A DNA stretch of 64,000 nucleotides from Clostridia bacterium (GTDB lineage: Bacteria > Bacillota > Clostridia > Oscillospirales > Acutalibacteraceae): contig JAFYUI010000028.1 of the NCBI GenBank assembly GCA_017549565.1, positions 41,788 to 105,787 of the forward strand. The letters run 5' to 3'. Both the position numbers and the translations under genes were made by a program. The notes below the pieces were generated by a model. That model was not told the DNA's origin, did not search any database, and saw nothing but the letters and a program-made list of their open reading frames with translations. Positions 39,710 to 48,600 of this stretch are shown in pieces. Numbering within the stretch: position 1 is the stretch's first letter; each line of letters begins with the position of its first letter.

Positions 39710-40078
39710 TTATTTGCAGTCGCAACAACTTTTAAAAAGCTTGTCAACATTTAAACTTTTATCATCTTTATTTTTTATAAACTTTAAGGTTTCAAAAGCG
39801 GTTTCGGGAGCCGTATCACTATAACATGCGTCAAAAACCCCTCTTTCACAACCAACATGAAGTGTGCTTCGCAAAACCCCATCAAGCAATGATAAATCAT
39901 TTTGCGGTTCGATTTTATGCACGGTTAAAGTGTCTTCAATATCAAAAAGGCAATATCCCAACACCTCATCCTTTTCGGTGGCTAAAAGCAGGTTTGAAAA
40001 TTCACCAAAGGGTATATTTTCTTTTTCATAATATTCTTGAACCTTTGCACGATTATCGGTCGGTTTTAAAACTATCAT
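39710..40078 (-). CDS. hypothetical small protein (possibly a degenerate GNAT-like fold) with C-terminal CCDC motif
   Basis: 122 aa. The ATG directly abuts the rluB stop (TAAATG). No catalytic motif recognised. Confidence 0.6.
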   Translation of the reverse strand: MIVLKPTDNRAKVQEYYEKENIPFGEFSNLLLATEKDEVLGYCLFDIEDTLTVHKIEPQNDLSLLDGVLRSTLHVGCERGVFDACYSDTAPETAFETLKFIKNKDDKSLNVDKLFKSCCDCK

Positions 40079-40822
40079 TTAATCGCTTTCCTTCATTTGT
40101 GTAATGCTTGTAAGGCGGCGCATTTCGCGTTCGTTAAGCGGGCGCCAACTACCACGGGGCAGCATACCAAGCTTAACACCCGCAATTTCGGTGCGTTTAA
40201 GGCGCAACACCTCTAAATTAACGGCTTCGCACATACGCCTAATTTGGCGGTTTCTACCTTCACTTATGATAAAGATAAGCACTGTGCGGTCGGGCTTTCT
40301 TTCAGCCACAAAGCAGTCACAGGGCAGGGTTTTCTTGCCGTCAAGCATTATACCCTCACGCAAGGTGATAAGTTTTTCCTCTTCCACCTCGCCTGCAACG
40401 GTAACGCGGTAGGTTTTATTAACATGTGAAGATGGGTGTGTCAGCTTATTTGCAAATTCACCGTCGTTTGTCATAAACAACAGACCTTCAGAATTTAAGT
40501 CGAGTCGGCCAACGGGGAAAAGGCGGTTGCCCGCATCCTTTACCAAATCGGTAACACATTTTCTGCCCTTTTCATCGCTTGTGGTGGTAACAAAGCCACG
40601 GGGCTTGTGAAGCATTATATAAACCTTTTCGGTCTTACCCGCAACAACGGTTTTACCCCTTACGGTAATTTTATCACGCTTGGGGTCAACCTTTTGCCCT
40701 AAAATTGCGGGGTGACCGTTAACCTTAACCTTACCTTGTTCAATTAACTCCTCTGCCTTTCTGCGTGAAGCAATGCCACATTCGGCAAGGTGCTTTTGAA
40801 GTCTTATCTTATTATCCTTCAT
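40079..40822 (-). CDS. rluB: rRNA pseudouridine synthase, RsuA/RluB family
   Basis: 247 aa. N-terminal S4 domain (RLQKHLAECGIASRRKAEELI) and catalytic GRLDLNSEGL motif. Confidence 0.9.
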   Translation of the reverse strand: MKDNKIRLQKHLAECGIASRRKAEELIEQGKVKVNGHPAILGQKVDPKRDKITVRGKTVVAGKTEKVYIMLHKPRGFVTTTSDEKGRKCVTDLVKDAGNRLFPVGRLDLNSEGLLFMTNDGEFANKLTHPSSHVNKTYRVTVAGEVEEEKLITLREGIMLDGKKTLPCDCFVAERKPDRTVLIFIISEGRNRQIRRMCEAVNLEVLRLKRTEIAGVKLGMLPRGSWRPLNEREMRRLTSITQMKESD

Positions 40823-40831
40823 TTTAATCTC

Positions 40832-41953
40832 CTAAAAATTTTGTGCTATATGTAAAAAGTTTTCTAAAATTTTATAAAATGGTTTTTTCTCTTGTTTTAA
40901 AAGCGGAATATCTTCCTCCGCTAAAATTTCATTTTCAGCAATCATTTTGCCGTTTTGTTTATAAACCGCTTTACCCAAAACCTCGCCCCTTTTAACGGGA
41001 GCATAAATAAACCTTGGTAAATAAATTTCGCACGAAAAACCATCAGTTTCGGTGGAGTTTATCAAAAACGGCTTAATTTCAACCGAAATATTTTCCTTTT
41101 CACCGCTTATCACAGGTATTTTATAGCTTGTGGATTTTGGCGTAATTTCGGTTTGTTTAATAGAGTTTAAGCCATATTCAAGCATTGTTTTATGGTCTTG
41201 CCAGTCGTTTGGGGCATTTAAGGTGACCGCTATGACATACTTTCCGTTACGCTTTACCGCCGACACAAGACATCTGCCCGACTTTTTGGTAAAACCCGTT
41301 TTAACCCCCACACAACCGTCCACCATTTTTAAAAGTTTGTTGTGGTTTATCAGCGTTCGCCTATAAGGTGGGTTGCCGTAATTTAAGGTTGCTGACTGAC
41401 TACCTACTGCCAATGCAAAGTCTTCATTTTGCATTGCGTATTTCGTAAGCATTGCCAAATCATAAGCGGTGGTATAATGATTTTCATCATCTAACCCTGA
41501 CGGTGTAACAAAGTTTGTGTTTTTAAGGCCGATTTCTTTCGCCTTATCGTTCATCTTTTTGGCAAAATTCGGGACAGTTCCACCAATGACTATTGCAACT
41601 GTGTTCGCCGCATCATTGCCTGATGCCAGCATTAAACCGTAAAGCAAATCGTGAAGTGTAACCTTATCACCGGGCAGCAGCCCCATTGACGAGCCCTCAA
41701 CCCTTACCATTTGGTCGGTAACTGTGATTTCTTTATCTAAATTGCCGTATTCACAAAGCAGTAGCCCTGTCATAATTTTGGTGGTGCTTGCCATTGGCAA
41801 ACGGGCATTTTCATTTTGTGAAAAAATAATTTCACCTGTGTCGCCGTTTATAACCACAGCACCCTTTGCCGAAACCGAAAGCGCCGCTGTATTAAACGGT
41901 ATCACCGCCATAAAAAGAGAAATTATAACAAAAACAGTTAAAAGCTTTTTCAC
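40832..41953 (-). CDS. D-alanyl-D-alanine carboxypeptidase (serine peptidase S11; DacB/DacF-like)
   Basis: Signal anchor, SxxK (ASTTK), SGN (ASGND), KTG (VKTGFT), and a C-terminal PBP5-type beta domain. GTG start. Confidence 0.9.
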   Translation of the reverse strand: MKKLLTVFVIISLFMAVIPFNTAALSVSAKGAVVINGDTGEIIFSQNENARLPMASTTKIMTGLLLCEYGNLDKEITVTDQMVRVEGSSMGLLPGDKVTLHDLLYGLMLASGNDAANTVAIVIGGTVPNFAKKMNDKAKEIGLKNTNFVTPSGLDDENHYTTAYDLAMLTKYAMQNEDFALAVGSQSATLNYGNPPYRRTLINHNKLLKMVDGCVGVKTGFTKKSGRCLVSAVKRNGKYVIAVTLNAPNDWQDHKTMLEYGLNSIKQTEITPKSTSYKIPVISGEKENISVEIKPFLINSTETDGFSCEIYLPRFIYAPVKRGEVLGKAVYKQNGKMIAENEILAEEDIPLLKQEKKPFYKILENFLHIAQNF

Positions 41954-42001
41954 AAAATCACCCCGTTTTAAATTTATTAAATCGGGGTTTTTGTTATGCC
42001 T

Positions 42002-42379
42002 TTATTTCTTTTCGTCGCCGTCTTTTGCAAATATTTCCTTTGCTTTATCAATTATTTCGGGTGCCATATTTATTGCCTTTTCAATGGTAGTAAGTTCATT
42101 ATAAATGGGTATCATTTTAACATCGTCACCCTTTATAACCATAAAAGCGATAGGAGAAACAGTAACACCTGCACCGCTACCGCCACCAAAAAGACTTGAC
42201 TGTGTTTTGGTTGCAAAGTCGCTGCCACCTGTTACTATACCATAAGCAACCTTTGAAACAGGTATTAAAGTTAAGTCATTAACATAGATGGCTTCACCTG
42301 TAATAACATCGGCATTAACCATTGCCTTTAATTTTTCCATTGTAGTGTCTAAAATTGCTTGAATCTTATTGTCGCTCAT
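42002..42379 (-). CDS. ytfJ: sporulation protein YtfJ (GerW family)
   Basis: 125 aa. Characteristic ...VITGEAIYVNDLTLIPVSKVAYGIVTGGSDF... and GGGSGAGVTVSPIAF repeats. Confidence 0.85.
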   Translation of the reverse strand: MSDNKIQAILDTTMEKLKAMVNADVITGEAIYVNDLTLIPVSKVAYGIVTGGSDFATKTQSSLFGGGSGAGVTVSPIAFMVIKGDDVKMIPIYNELTTIEKAINMAPEIIDKAKEIFAKDGDEKK

Positions 42380-42461
42380 TGTAATTCATTCCTTACACTG
42401 AAATTTTTATTATTCTTTAAAAACTTGCTAATTAAAACTATTTTAGGTAAAAATTTAAAAA

Positions 42462-43034
42462 CTATTCGTTGTCAGCATCCATTGAAAGCTGCTCGCCTAC
42501 ATCGCTGACCTCACCCTCCTGCTGTGTTTTGGGGAGTGGGGGCAATTCGCTTAAATCAGAAACGCCAAAGCACCTTAAAAAGTTTTTGGTTGTGCCGTAA
42601 AGCAAGGGCTTACCGGGAAGCTCAAGTCGGCCGCGTTCTTCAACAAGCCCCTTTTCAATAAGGGTGGTAACAACACTCGAACAGTCAACACCACGCACCT
42701 GTTCAATAAATGACTTGGTAACGGGCTGATTATAAGCCACCACCGCCAAAACTTCAAGCGCGGCGGGAGAAAGCGGAGTTTTGCGCTTTATGTCAAACGC
42801 TTTTTTAATATATTCGCTGTATTCGCTTTTAGTAGTGAGCTGATAAGCGTTATCAAGACGCACAAGTTTAATGCCGCTATCGGTGTCATCATATTTTTTC
42901 ATAAGCTCGTCCATAACCGCAATGGTCTTGCTTGGTGTAATTTCAAAAACCTGTGCAAAGCGGTCAATATTAAGTGGCTCACCACTTGCAAAAAGCACCG
43001 CCTCAAAGGCCTTCATAAGTTCCTTGGTTGTCAT
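42462..43034 (-). CDS. scpB: SMC-Scp complex subunit ScpB
   Basis: 190 aa. AVLFASGEPL, and winged-helix repeats with ALEVLAVVAYNQPVT. Confidence 0.93.
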   Translation of the reverse strand: MTTKELMKAFEAVLFASGEPLNIDRFAQVFEITPSKTIAVMDELMKKYDDTDSGIKLVRLDNAYQLTTKSEYSEYIKKAFDIKRKTPLSPAALEVLAVVAYNQPVTKSFIEQVRGVDCSSVVTTLIEKGLVEERGRLELPGKPLLYGTTKNFLRCFGVSDLSELPPLPKTQQEGEVSDVGEQLSMDADNE

Positions 43035-43750
43035 TTATTCTTGCGCTCCTTCTTTAAAGAGATTTGCTGATTTTCGCCGTCACCTTCAACAAAAACGCGG
43101 TTTGCCTTGCAGAGCTCAAGCACAGCCAAAAAGGTTGCCACCATTTCAGAACGGCTTTGTGCGGTTTTGTAAAGGTCAGCAAGTCTTTTCTTATTGCCCG
43201 ACCAAAGCGAACGGATAACATAAACAATTTTGGTTGAAACCGCCACAATTTTCTTTGCAACAATGCGTGTAAAGGGTGCGGTAGATGGTGGAAGTCGGCG
43301 CTGCCCCCTACCCACTGCAGCGATATATGCATCAAACATAACCTGTTTGTCGTGCTTTAAAACATAGGTCTTGTCCACCTCAACATCAGCGGGCAAACGC
43401 ACAAACAAATTAAATCCGTCTTGCATTAAGCTAAACTTCTTTGCCATTTCCTGGCAAACCATATATTCAAGCAGCTCGCCTGTTAATTCCTCTTTAAGCT
43501 TTACAACCTCGTCGTGCTTTGGAAGCAAGCTAACGGTCTTTATGTACAAAAGTCGGGAAGCCATTTCCAAAAATTCGCTTTCAATTTCCATTTCGTCCTG
43601 CTTAATCTGTTCGATTTGTGCAAGATATTGGTCGATAAGCTCTAAAAGCGGAATGTCATAAATATTATATTTGTTGCGTGCAATAAGTTGTAACAATAAA
43701 TCAAGTGGGCCTTCAAACCCGTCTAATTTATAATTTAAAACCTGTTCCAT
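43031..43750 (-). CDS. scpA: segregation and condensation protein A (ScpA kleisin)
   Basis: 239 aa. FEGPLDLLLQLI N-terminus. ATGA overlap with scpB. Confidence 0.93.
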   Translation of the reverse strand: MEQVLNYKLDGFEGPLDLLLQLIARNKYNIYDIPLLELIDQYLAQIEQIKQDEMEIESEFLEMASRLLYIKTVSLLPKHDEVVKLKEELTGELLEYMVCQEMAKKFSLMQDGFNLFVRLPADVEVDKTYVLKHDKQVMFDAYIAAVGRGQRRLPPSTAPFTRIVAKKIVAVSTKIVYVIRSLWSGNKKRLADLYKTAQSRSEMVATFLAVLELCKANRVFVEGDGENQQISLKKERKNK

Positions 43751-43753
43751 TTC

Positions 43754-44389
43754 TTACCTCAAAAACAAAATAAAAGGAAGTGATGTTATAAAATCAAGGA
43801 TGCCAAAAATTAAGTCACTTGCAAAATCAAGCGGGCCGTCTAAAATACCGGTTGCAATAACCACCAAAAGTACAAACATTAAAATGCGCTCATATTCCAT
43901 AACACGCCAATAGTATTTGTCGGGTAAAATTGCAAACAAAATGCGCGAACCGTCAAATGGCGGTATGGGAATTAAATTAAATACTGCCAAATAAATGTTT
44001 GTGGATGCAACAAGCGTAAAAAACGACATAACAAACAAACCAAAGGTGGTTGGTAAAAGCACATAAACAATATTGCCTAAAAGCAACGACAAGCCCGCCA
44101 TTAAAATATTGGAAACAGGGCCTGCCAAAGCGGTAATTGCCCAACCAACACCGAAAAGAATTATGCACAAGGCGCCTATGTAATCAATATGTGCAAAGGG
44201 GTTAAGGGTTAAACGGCCTTGATACCTGGGTGTAGGGTCGCCCAATTTTGTGGCAATAAAGCCATGCGCCCATTCGTGCACAGGCATTGTGAGTAAAATA
44301 ACAACAAATGCAGATAAAGCATATAAAAGCATATCGGTAAAGCTCATACTACCTGCAATAATTTCTCTAAACAAGGCATAACACTCCAA
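43754..44389 (-). CDS. site-2 protease (peptidase M50) family membrane metalloprotease
   Basis: HEWAHG zinc motif and NLIPIPPFDGSRI second motif in a polytopic membrane protein. The start is uncertain: TTG at 44389 or ATG at 44347. Confidence 0.85.
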   Translation of the reverse strand: MECYALFREIIAGSMSFTDMLLYALSAFVVILLTMPVHEWAHGFIATKLGDPTPRYQGRLTLNPFAHIDYIGALCIILFGVGWAITALAGPVSNILMAGLSLLLGNIVYVLLPTTFGLFVMSFFTLVASTNIYLAVFNLIPIPPFDGSRILFAILPDKYYWRVMEYERILMFVLLVVIATGILDGPLDFASDLIFGILDFITSLPFILFLR

Positions 44390-44430
44390 TCTAATATATA
44401 ATTATATTACATTATGGGTAAAAAGACAAG

Positions 44431-44468
44431 AAAAAAATCACCCAAAAGCTTTCACTTTCGGGTGATTT
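44431..44468 (-). terminator. intrinsic terminator after the flippase gene
   Basis: Minus strand AAATCACCC-GAAAGTGAAAGCTTTT-GGGTGATTTTTTT. Confidence 0.75.
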
Positions 44469-44496
44469 AAAAATTATTTGCGTTTTTTAATAAAAG

Positions 44497-45879
44497 TTAG
44501 TATTTTTTTAAAAATACCTTAACAAATTTAAAGTTAATTATAAAGAGCAGAACAAAGCATACTGCCTGTACGGGATAGTTAAAAGGCAAACTAAAAAGCA
44601 TATAACCTGTTTGCAAAAGCACAATTACAGTGTTTAAGGTAACCGTTACAAATTGTGTTTTAAAGGGGATATATTTTTTTGCGTCAAAGGTGCGGATAAT
44701 AAACACCGCAAGATAGCTTACAAAGGTGGCAATTGCAGCGCCCTGTGCCCCAATTTTAGGTATTAAAATAAGGTTTAAAACAATATTAAGCCCTGCGCCC
44801 ACCATTGTGGTTAAAAACGAATTTTTACTGCGCTTTTCGACAACATAAACCGAGCCCATAAAATTTGCAAAGGCGCTGAACACCATTGCAAGTGACAGCA
44901 TTGGCACAAACTTATAAGCCGAATAAAAGCTTTCGGTAGTTAAGATTTTTATCATAGGAACCGAAAGTGCAGTTATGGCCGAGCCCGCCAAAAACATTAC
45001 GCTTTGGAAGGATGACCAAACCTTAGTATAAAAGTCGATATGCTCGTTTTTATCGTTTTCGGATTCACTTATAGCCGAAAACTGCCACGCCTGCATAAAC
45101 ACAGTAGAAATTAAGGTTAATATTGTTGGCAACTTGTTAGAAACGGCATAAATACCGTTTTGGTCTTCGCCCAAAAACCAGGTAACCATATATCTGTCAG
45201 AAACGCTTGTTACCCACCAAAAAATTGTGGCAGGTATCATTGGGATACTAAAGCTGAGCATCTGCTTTAAGGTGCTTTTTTCGGGCTTTGAAACAATTTC
45301 ACGCCAAAGTTTTTCTTTTAAGAAGATAAGCAGAGCGGTCAAGCCGTCAGCCAATGCAACCGACAAAACATAACCTGTAATACCAAAATCAAACACTGCC
45401 AAAAACAGTATGTTAAGCACAATTACAAGTGATGTGTTTACAATGCCCTGCACTGCAAAAAATGCGGTTTTGTTTTTAGCACGAATAAACTGCGCGCAAA
45501 GTGAGTGGTAGCAGGAAGCCATTGTGTAAATAATTATAAGCCACAAATAAGAACGCAGTTGTTGTGAAATTGCCAAAAGCGGAGCAATTATTAAAAACAA
45601 CAAACCGCCAAGGGTTATTGTATAAAGTCCTGAAGAAAAAACACTTTTTTTATCGTGATTACTATCAATAGCAAAACGAAAAACACCGTTTGTTATACCA
45701 AGTGAAATAATCGGCAACAAAAGGTTGCAGGTTTGGGTTATAATATCGGCTGTGCCAAATTCGGCAGTAGTAAGATAACCCGTATAAAAGCGCACCATAA
45801 AGAACACCAACAGCTTTGAGCCGATGGTGCCAAGACTTATAAGCGCAGTATTTGAAGCCAAGGTTTTGTATTTATTCAT
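44497..45879 (-). CDS. MOP-superfamily oligosaccharide/polysaccharide flippase (Wzx/SpoVB-like)
   Basis: 460 aa, about 12-14 TM. Polysacc_synt-type N-terminus ASNTALISLGTIGSKLLVFFMV. Confidence 0.8.
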   Translation of the reverse strand: MNKYKTLASNTALISLGTIGSKLLVFFMVRFYTGYLTTAEFGTADIITQTCNLLLPIISLGITNGVFRFAIDSNHDKKSVFSSGLYTITLGGLLFLIIAPLLAISQQLRSYLWLIIIYTMASCYHSLCAQFIRAKNKTAFFAVQGIVNTSLVIVLNILFLAVFDFGITGYVLSVALADGLTALLIFLKEKLWREIVSKPEKSTLKQMLSFSIPMIPATIFWWVTSVSDRYMVTWFLGEDQNGIYAVSNKLPTILTLISTVFMQAWQFSAISESENDKNEHIDFYTKVWSSFQSVMFLAGSAITALSVPMIKILTTESFYSAYKFVPMLSLAMVFSAFANFMGSVYVVEKRSKNSFLTTMVGAGLNIVLNLILIPKIGAQGAAIATFVSYLAVFIIRTFDAKKYIPFKTQFVTVTLNTVIVLLQTGYMLFSLPFNYPVQAVCFVLLFIINFKFVKVFLKKY

Positions 45880-45938
45880 AAACTTATACTTCCCCGTGTT
45901 TTACATCCTATTTATGATACTTTATTTTATCAAAACTG

Positions 45939-46679
45939 TCAAGTCGCCAGTTGTATATATCTGGATGCCGCATAACCCACAATGCCGTTATACTGCACCA
46001 AATACCAGTCTGGCAAAGTGGCATAAACGGTGACCTCTGCCCCGTTTGGTATGCGCCCCACGACAAATGCGTTAAGGGATGGGCGCGTGCGTACATTAAG
46101 GTTGCCGCCGTTTGTTGCAACATAACCAACCCTTATTGGCTGCGGCATATTAAAGGGTATACCAAAATATTCGGTAAGTGACATAACAAGTGTGCGGGCA
46201 ATAAGGTCGATATTATCCCTTATCCACTGTGCATCCTGCACATTATCGTGATAACCGATTTCAATTAAAACACCCGGCGCTTTTACCCTTGCAACCTCAC
46301 CCAAAGAGGTTGTCGGCACAGTTTTAACATTGTTTGGAAGCGGATAAATCATTTTAAAATTATTAACCAAAATATCAGCAAAGCGCTTACCCGACGCACT
46401 TGACGGGTAATAATAAGCATCTATTCCCCGTGCGGTACCGCTGCCCGAAGCAGTCGCATTTGAATGAAGTGCCAAATGCAAATCGTAAACACCTGCATTA
46501 GACTGTGCTATAGCGGTCGCCGCTGTGCCTTCGGGATTATTCCGCACAAACTGAATACCGCTTGCCGCCAAGTAGGGCTCCATAGCGTCGGCAACAAGGT
46601 TCATATAATATTCCTCGTTACCTCCGTTTACATAAGGGTTAAATTCTTGGGTAGAGGGGCTTAAATAAATTGTAGGCAT
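45939..46679 (-). CDS. N-acetylmuramoyl-L-alanine amidase (Amidase_3) with C-terminal SH3b domain and no signal peptide
   Basis: From the ATG at 46679 (MPTIYLSPSTQE...). LALHSNA and IEIGYHDN zinc-site regions. C-terminal GNLNVRTRPS...YLVQYNGIVGYAASRYI SH3b. Confidence 0.85.
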   Translation of the reverse strand: MPTIYLSPSTQEFNPYVNGGNEEYYMNLVADAMEPYLAASGIQFVRNNPEGTAATAIAQSNAGVYDLHLALHSNATASGSGTARGIDAYYYPSSASGKRFADILVNNFKMIYPLPNNVKTVPTTSLGEVARVKAPGVLIEIGYHDNVQDAQWIRDNIDLIARTLVMSLTEYFGIPFNMPQPIRVGYVATNGGNLNVRTRPSLNAFVVGRIPNGAEVTVYATLPDWYLVQYNGIVGYAASRYIQLAT

Positions 46680-46729
46680 AAAAAAACATCCTTTCATTTC
46701 AAAATATGAATTAAAAGGATGTTTTTATG

Positions 46730-47266
46730 TTAAATTTCAAGCTTTTGTGCCGATTTTTTCACAACTGACAAAAACCAGCAGTAAAGGGCTTCGCCAAGCT
46801 CTTGATAAATGGGGTCGCCATCATGCGAGCAAAGCATTGCAAAGGTTTGCCCCATTCTTCTTTCCAAATCAAAGCCACGGCGAAAGACTAAATAATAAAA
46901 AGAAAATGCACCTGTATCGGTGGAGGTTTTATAAAGGTCGGCATCTTGCTGCTTTAAGGTGTCCAAAAAGCTTTTTTGGGCAATACCGCAAATAATGTCA
47001 TCGCCCGCGAATTCTTCAAACCCGACCGTAGCAGTAAAGGAAATTAAAAGGCGTCTTTGAATTAAAATATCATTTCCCATTTCATCGGAAAGTGGGTTTT
47101 CAGCGGCATCGCCAATAAATTCAAGCGCAACAGCCCGTCCCCACTGCTCTGCCCTTTTCTGCATATCATTTGGCAGCTTTTGCTGTGCTGTGGGGTTATT
47201 AAGATTTTTCTTAACATCAACTGATGGTTTGTCGCCTGCGATTTTAATGTCTTCATCTAAAAACAA
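46730..47266 (-). CDS. hypothetical cytoplasmic protein
   Basis: 178 aa, no TM and no recognised motif. Codon usage matches the neighbours. The start is uncertain: TTG at 47266, with the first in-frame ATG at 47164. Confidence 0.5.
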   Translation of the reverse strand: MFLDEDIKIAGDKPSVDVKKNLNNPTAQQKLPNDMQKRAEQWGRAVALEFIGDAAENPLSDEMGNDILIQRRLLISFTATVGFEEFAGDDIICGIAQKSFLDTLKQQDADLYKTSTDTGAFSFYYLVFRRGFDLERRMGQTFAMLCSHDGDPIYQELGEALYCWFLSVVKKSAQKLEI

Positions 47267-47280
47267 TTAAATCATCTCTT

Positions 47281-47523
47281 TTACTTCAATGTTTTAAGGG
47301 CTTTTGCCAACTGGTCCGGACACGAGGTGCCTTTAAAGCCACATTTTATACCTTCAAGGCGGTCGATTACATCATCAACCCTCATACCCTCAACAAGTGC
47401 GGAAATTCCCTTTGTGTTACCATTGCAGCCACCCTCAAAATAGACACTTTTTATAACTTCATCTTCTATTTCAATGGTGATTGTCCGAGAACACACTCCA
47501 CTTGTTTTATATGATATTTTCAT
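47281..47523 (-). CDS. TSCPD domain-containing small protein (four-Cys, TIGR03905-like)
   Basis: 80 aa with GVCSRTI, GGCNGN and KGTSCPDQ motifs. Confidence 0.8.
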   Translation of the reverse strand: MKISYKTSGVCSRTITIEIEDEVIKSVYFEGGCNGNTKGISALVEGMRVDDVIDRLEGIKCGFKGTSCPDQLAKALKTLK

Positions 47524-47534
47524 TTTAAATATTC

Positions 47535-48581
47535 CTATCTGTCTTTAAATTTATTACTTCTTACAGGATGGCGAAGCTTTCTCAGTGCCTTTGCTTCGAT
47601 TTGGCGAATACGCTCACGAGTAACATTAAATTCCGAGCCAACCTCTTCTAAGGTATGGCATCTGCCATCCATAAGACCAAATCTTAAACGAATAACCGCT
47701 TCTTCACGGGGGGTAAGAGTTTTTAAAACATCATCAATGTCTTCGTTTGTAATGGTTTTTAAAGCCGCTTCATCGGGTGCTAATGCATCTTCATCGCGAA
47801 TAAAGTCCATAAGACGAGAATCTTCCTCGGGGCCAATGGGGGTTTCCATTGAAACGGGCTCCTGTGCTACACGCATAATTTCGCGCACACGCTCAACAGG
47901 TAAATCCATTGTTTCGGCAATAAGCTCTTCACTTGGTTCAGAGCCGTTTTCGTGCAAAAGCTGACTTTGAACCTTTTTAAGGCGGTTAATGGTTTCAACC
48001 ATATGAACAGGGATACGAATAGTTCTTGCTTGGTCGGCAATAGCGCGGGTTATGGCTTGTCTAATCCACCAAGTAGCATAAGTTGAGAACTTAAAGCCCT
48101 TTGTGTGGTCAAACTTTTCAACCGCTTTAATAAGACCAACATTACCTTCTTGAATCAAATCAAGGAAGTACATACCGCGGCCAACATATTTTTTAGCAAT
48201 GCTTACAACAAGTCGAAGGTTTGCTTCGGTAAGGCGTTGCTTAGCATACTGACTGCCCTCGCTAATTTTAACCGCAAGCTCAATTTCCTCATCACTTGAC
48301 AAAAGCGGAACACGGCCGATTTCGCGAAGATATACTTTAACAGGGTCATCAAGCGAAACATTGTCAAGGTTAACATCATCAGTAATTTGCTCAACATCAA
48401 CCTCTTTAAGCTCATCCTCGGTGGGCTCTTCATCCAAGTCAAGCTCTAAAATCGGAGGCTCAGTAAAAAGCTCATCAAAATCCTCGGGTGCATTTTCAAT
48501 ATCGTGTATTGTTTCATCCTTTGGCTCGAGCTCGAAAAGCTCCTCACTTAATAATTTTTCGTCCTTTTTAGTTTCTTTCAT
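47535..48581 (-). CDS. rpoD: RNA polymerase sigma factor RpoD/SigA
   Basis: Acidic region 1, region 2 ([16 protein letters not shown]), region 4 ([18 protein letters not shown]). ATG at 48581 follows GGAG by 6 nt; the alternative is the ATG at 48593. The track start at 48686 overlaps dnaG and is rejected. Confidence 0.95.
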   Translation of the reverse strand: MKETKKDEKLLSEELFELEPKDETIHDIENAPEDFDELFTEPPILELDLDEEPTEDELKEVDVEQITDDVNLDNVSLDDPVKVYLREIGRVPLLSSDEEIELAVKISEGSQYAKQRLTEANLRLVVSIAKKYVGRGMYFLDLIQEGNVGLIKAVEKFDHTKGFKFSTYATWWIRQAITRAIADQARTIRIPVHMVETINRLKKVQSQLLHENGSEPSEELIAETMDLPVERVREIMRVAQEPVSMETPIGPEEDSRLMDFIRDEDALAPDEAALKTITNEDIDDVLKTLTPREEAVIRLRFGLMDGRCHTLEEVGSEFNVTRERIRQIEAKALRKLRHPVRSNKFKDR

Positions 48582-48600
48582 ATTCTTCTCCATTCTGCTT

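Noticed and set aside
45939-47266. Amidase-SH3b as an endolysin marking a cryptic prophage
   Set aside because: No holin, integrase, structural or repressor genes lie within 15 kb on either side. The flanks are rpoD-operon genes and a flippase.
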